In this document: positions 63,214 to 64,000 of the stretch, one piece after another | Layout of the letters: every line of letters starts with the position of its first letter | Position numbering within the stretch: the stretch's first letter is position 1 | DNA from: Gammaproteobacteria bacterium | GTDB taxonomy: Bacteria > Pseudomonadota > Gammaproteobacteria > CAJXQU01 | Assembly (NCBI GenBank): GCA_965238175.1 | Contig: CBDEGZ010000003.1 | Location: forward strand, 992,001 to 1,056,000 | Length of the DNA stretch: 64,000 bases | Direction of reading: 5' to 3' | The notes under the pieces: model-generated | Databases searched by the model: none | What the model saw: only the letters and a program-made list of their open reading frames with translations | Told to the model about the DNA's origin: nothing | Translations under genes and position numbers: made by a program

Positions 63214-63501
63214 ATGAATATTGAATATCCACTGAATTTAAACGATAACTTCGAAAGTTTCGAGCGAGAGTGTAAAGGTTGGCTCTCAGATGTGATAGTT
63301 AATCTTGACGATGGTAGCCGTCATAAACTGTTTTTTTATGATCCTGTTCGCCTTACGCAGGACTTGGAAGCTGATGTGAAAAGCGGAAAAGCAGGAATAA
63401 CTGAAAAAAATCTATTTGTGGTTCCGAAAGTGACTGAAAAATATATTGAAGCGTCAATAAAACAAGCTATTCGTGAAGGTTACTTTGAAAGTAATTTATA
63501 A
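63214..63501 (+). CDS. Hypothetical protein
   Basis: 95-aa ORF; FYDPVRLTQD motif; function unknown. Confidence 0.65.
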   Translation: MNIEYPLNLNDNFESFERECKGWLSDVIVNLDDGSRHKLFFYDPVRLTQDLEADVKSGKAGITEKNLFVVPKVTEKYIEASIKQAIREGYFESNL

Positions 63502-63630
63502 CAATTTGTTCAAAATGAATGATGTAAAAACAGGTTGTTCTTTGCATTTCCAGGGGGCACGGGTATATAACAAAATGTCGAAAAAACAATAGATTTCTTA
63601 ATTCGACTTGCTTGCCTATAATATAGAGAT

Positions 63631-64000
63631 ATGGAACATCCACAAAATTATCACGTCATCATTGTTGGTGGCGGTCACGCTGGAACTGAAGCCGCACTTG
63701 CTGCCGCGCGAATGGGTGTGCGTACCTTATTGCTTACGCTGAGTATGGACACCTTGGGGCAAATGTCCTGTAATCCTGCCATCGGCGGGATCGGGAAAGG
63801 TCATTTGGTAAAAGAGATCGATGCTTTAGGTGGCATGATGGGTCGAGCGGCGGATCGTAGTGGTATTCATTTCCGAACGCTTAATAGTAGTAAAGGCCCA
63901 GCGGTTAGGGCAACGCGTGCGCAAATTGATCGTTCTCTATATAAAATTGAAACGCGTCTTTTGTTAGAAGCTCAGGAAAACCTGACAATCTTCCAACAAT
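63631..64000 (+). CDS. mnmG: tRNA modification enzyme MnmG/GidA (5' part, runs off window)
   Basis: Translated by eye: [21 protein letters not shown]...[15 protein letters not shown]. Confidence 0.96.
   Translation, partial: MEHPQNYHVIIVGGGHAGTEAALAAARMGVRTLLLTLSMDTLGQMSCNPAIGGIGKGHLVKEIDALGGMMGRAADRSGIHFRTLNSSKGPAVRATRAQIDRSLYKIETRLLLEAQENLTIFQQ

Noticed and set aside
63502-63630. oriC next to mnmG
   Set aside because: The intergenic region is short and has no recognisable DnaA boxes (TTATCCACA).

Overview
Gammaproteobacterial chromosome segment (about 40% GC; a stand-alone sat gene suggests a sulfur oxidiser). It is mostly housekeeping genes: rpoD-dnaG-yqeY-rpsU/tsaD, glyQS-gmhB-plsC-trxA-rho, hemH, slt, cca, uppP, folKB, plsY, dgkA and mnmG. 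Accessory modules are interspersed: a Gld-like ABC exporter, a lipase plus di-heme cytochrome pair, a c-di-GMP phosphorelay with degenerate Hpt domains, and a small polysaccharide operon. Mobile DNA gives the most interesting signals. (1) The left end is an integrative element whose large serine recombinase reads into the 3' half of tRNA-Ile(CAU) and sits behind an alphaproteobacterial-type LexA box. (2) At 58193-62156 is a nested structure flanked by a TAAGTA duplication. Two IS1111-type IS110 copies sit at the same base in the two inverted ends of an older element, and an IS481 copy replaces its interior. The IS110 non-coding region contains readable target and donor guide segments (bridge/seekRNA architecture) matching those ends. 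(3) Two families of highly structured MITE-like repeats are present, one with clear covariation. (4) A NYN RNase gene is preceded by a hairpin-plus-terminator leader RNA. All calls come from reading the sequence; no database searches were run.
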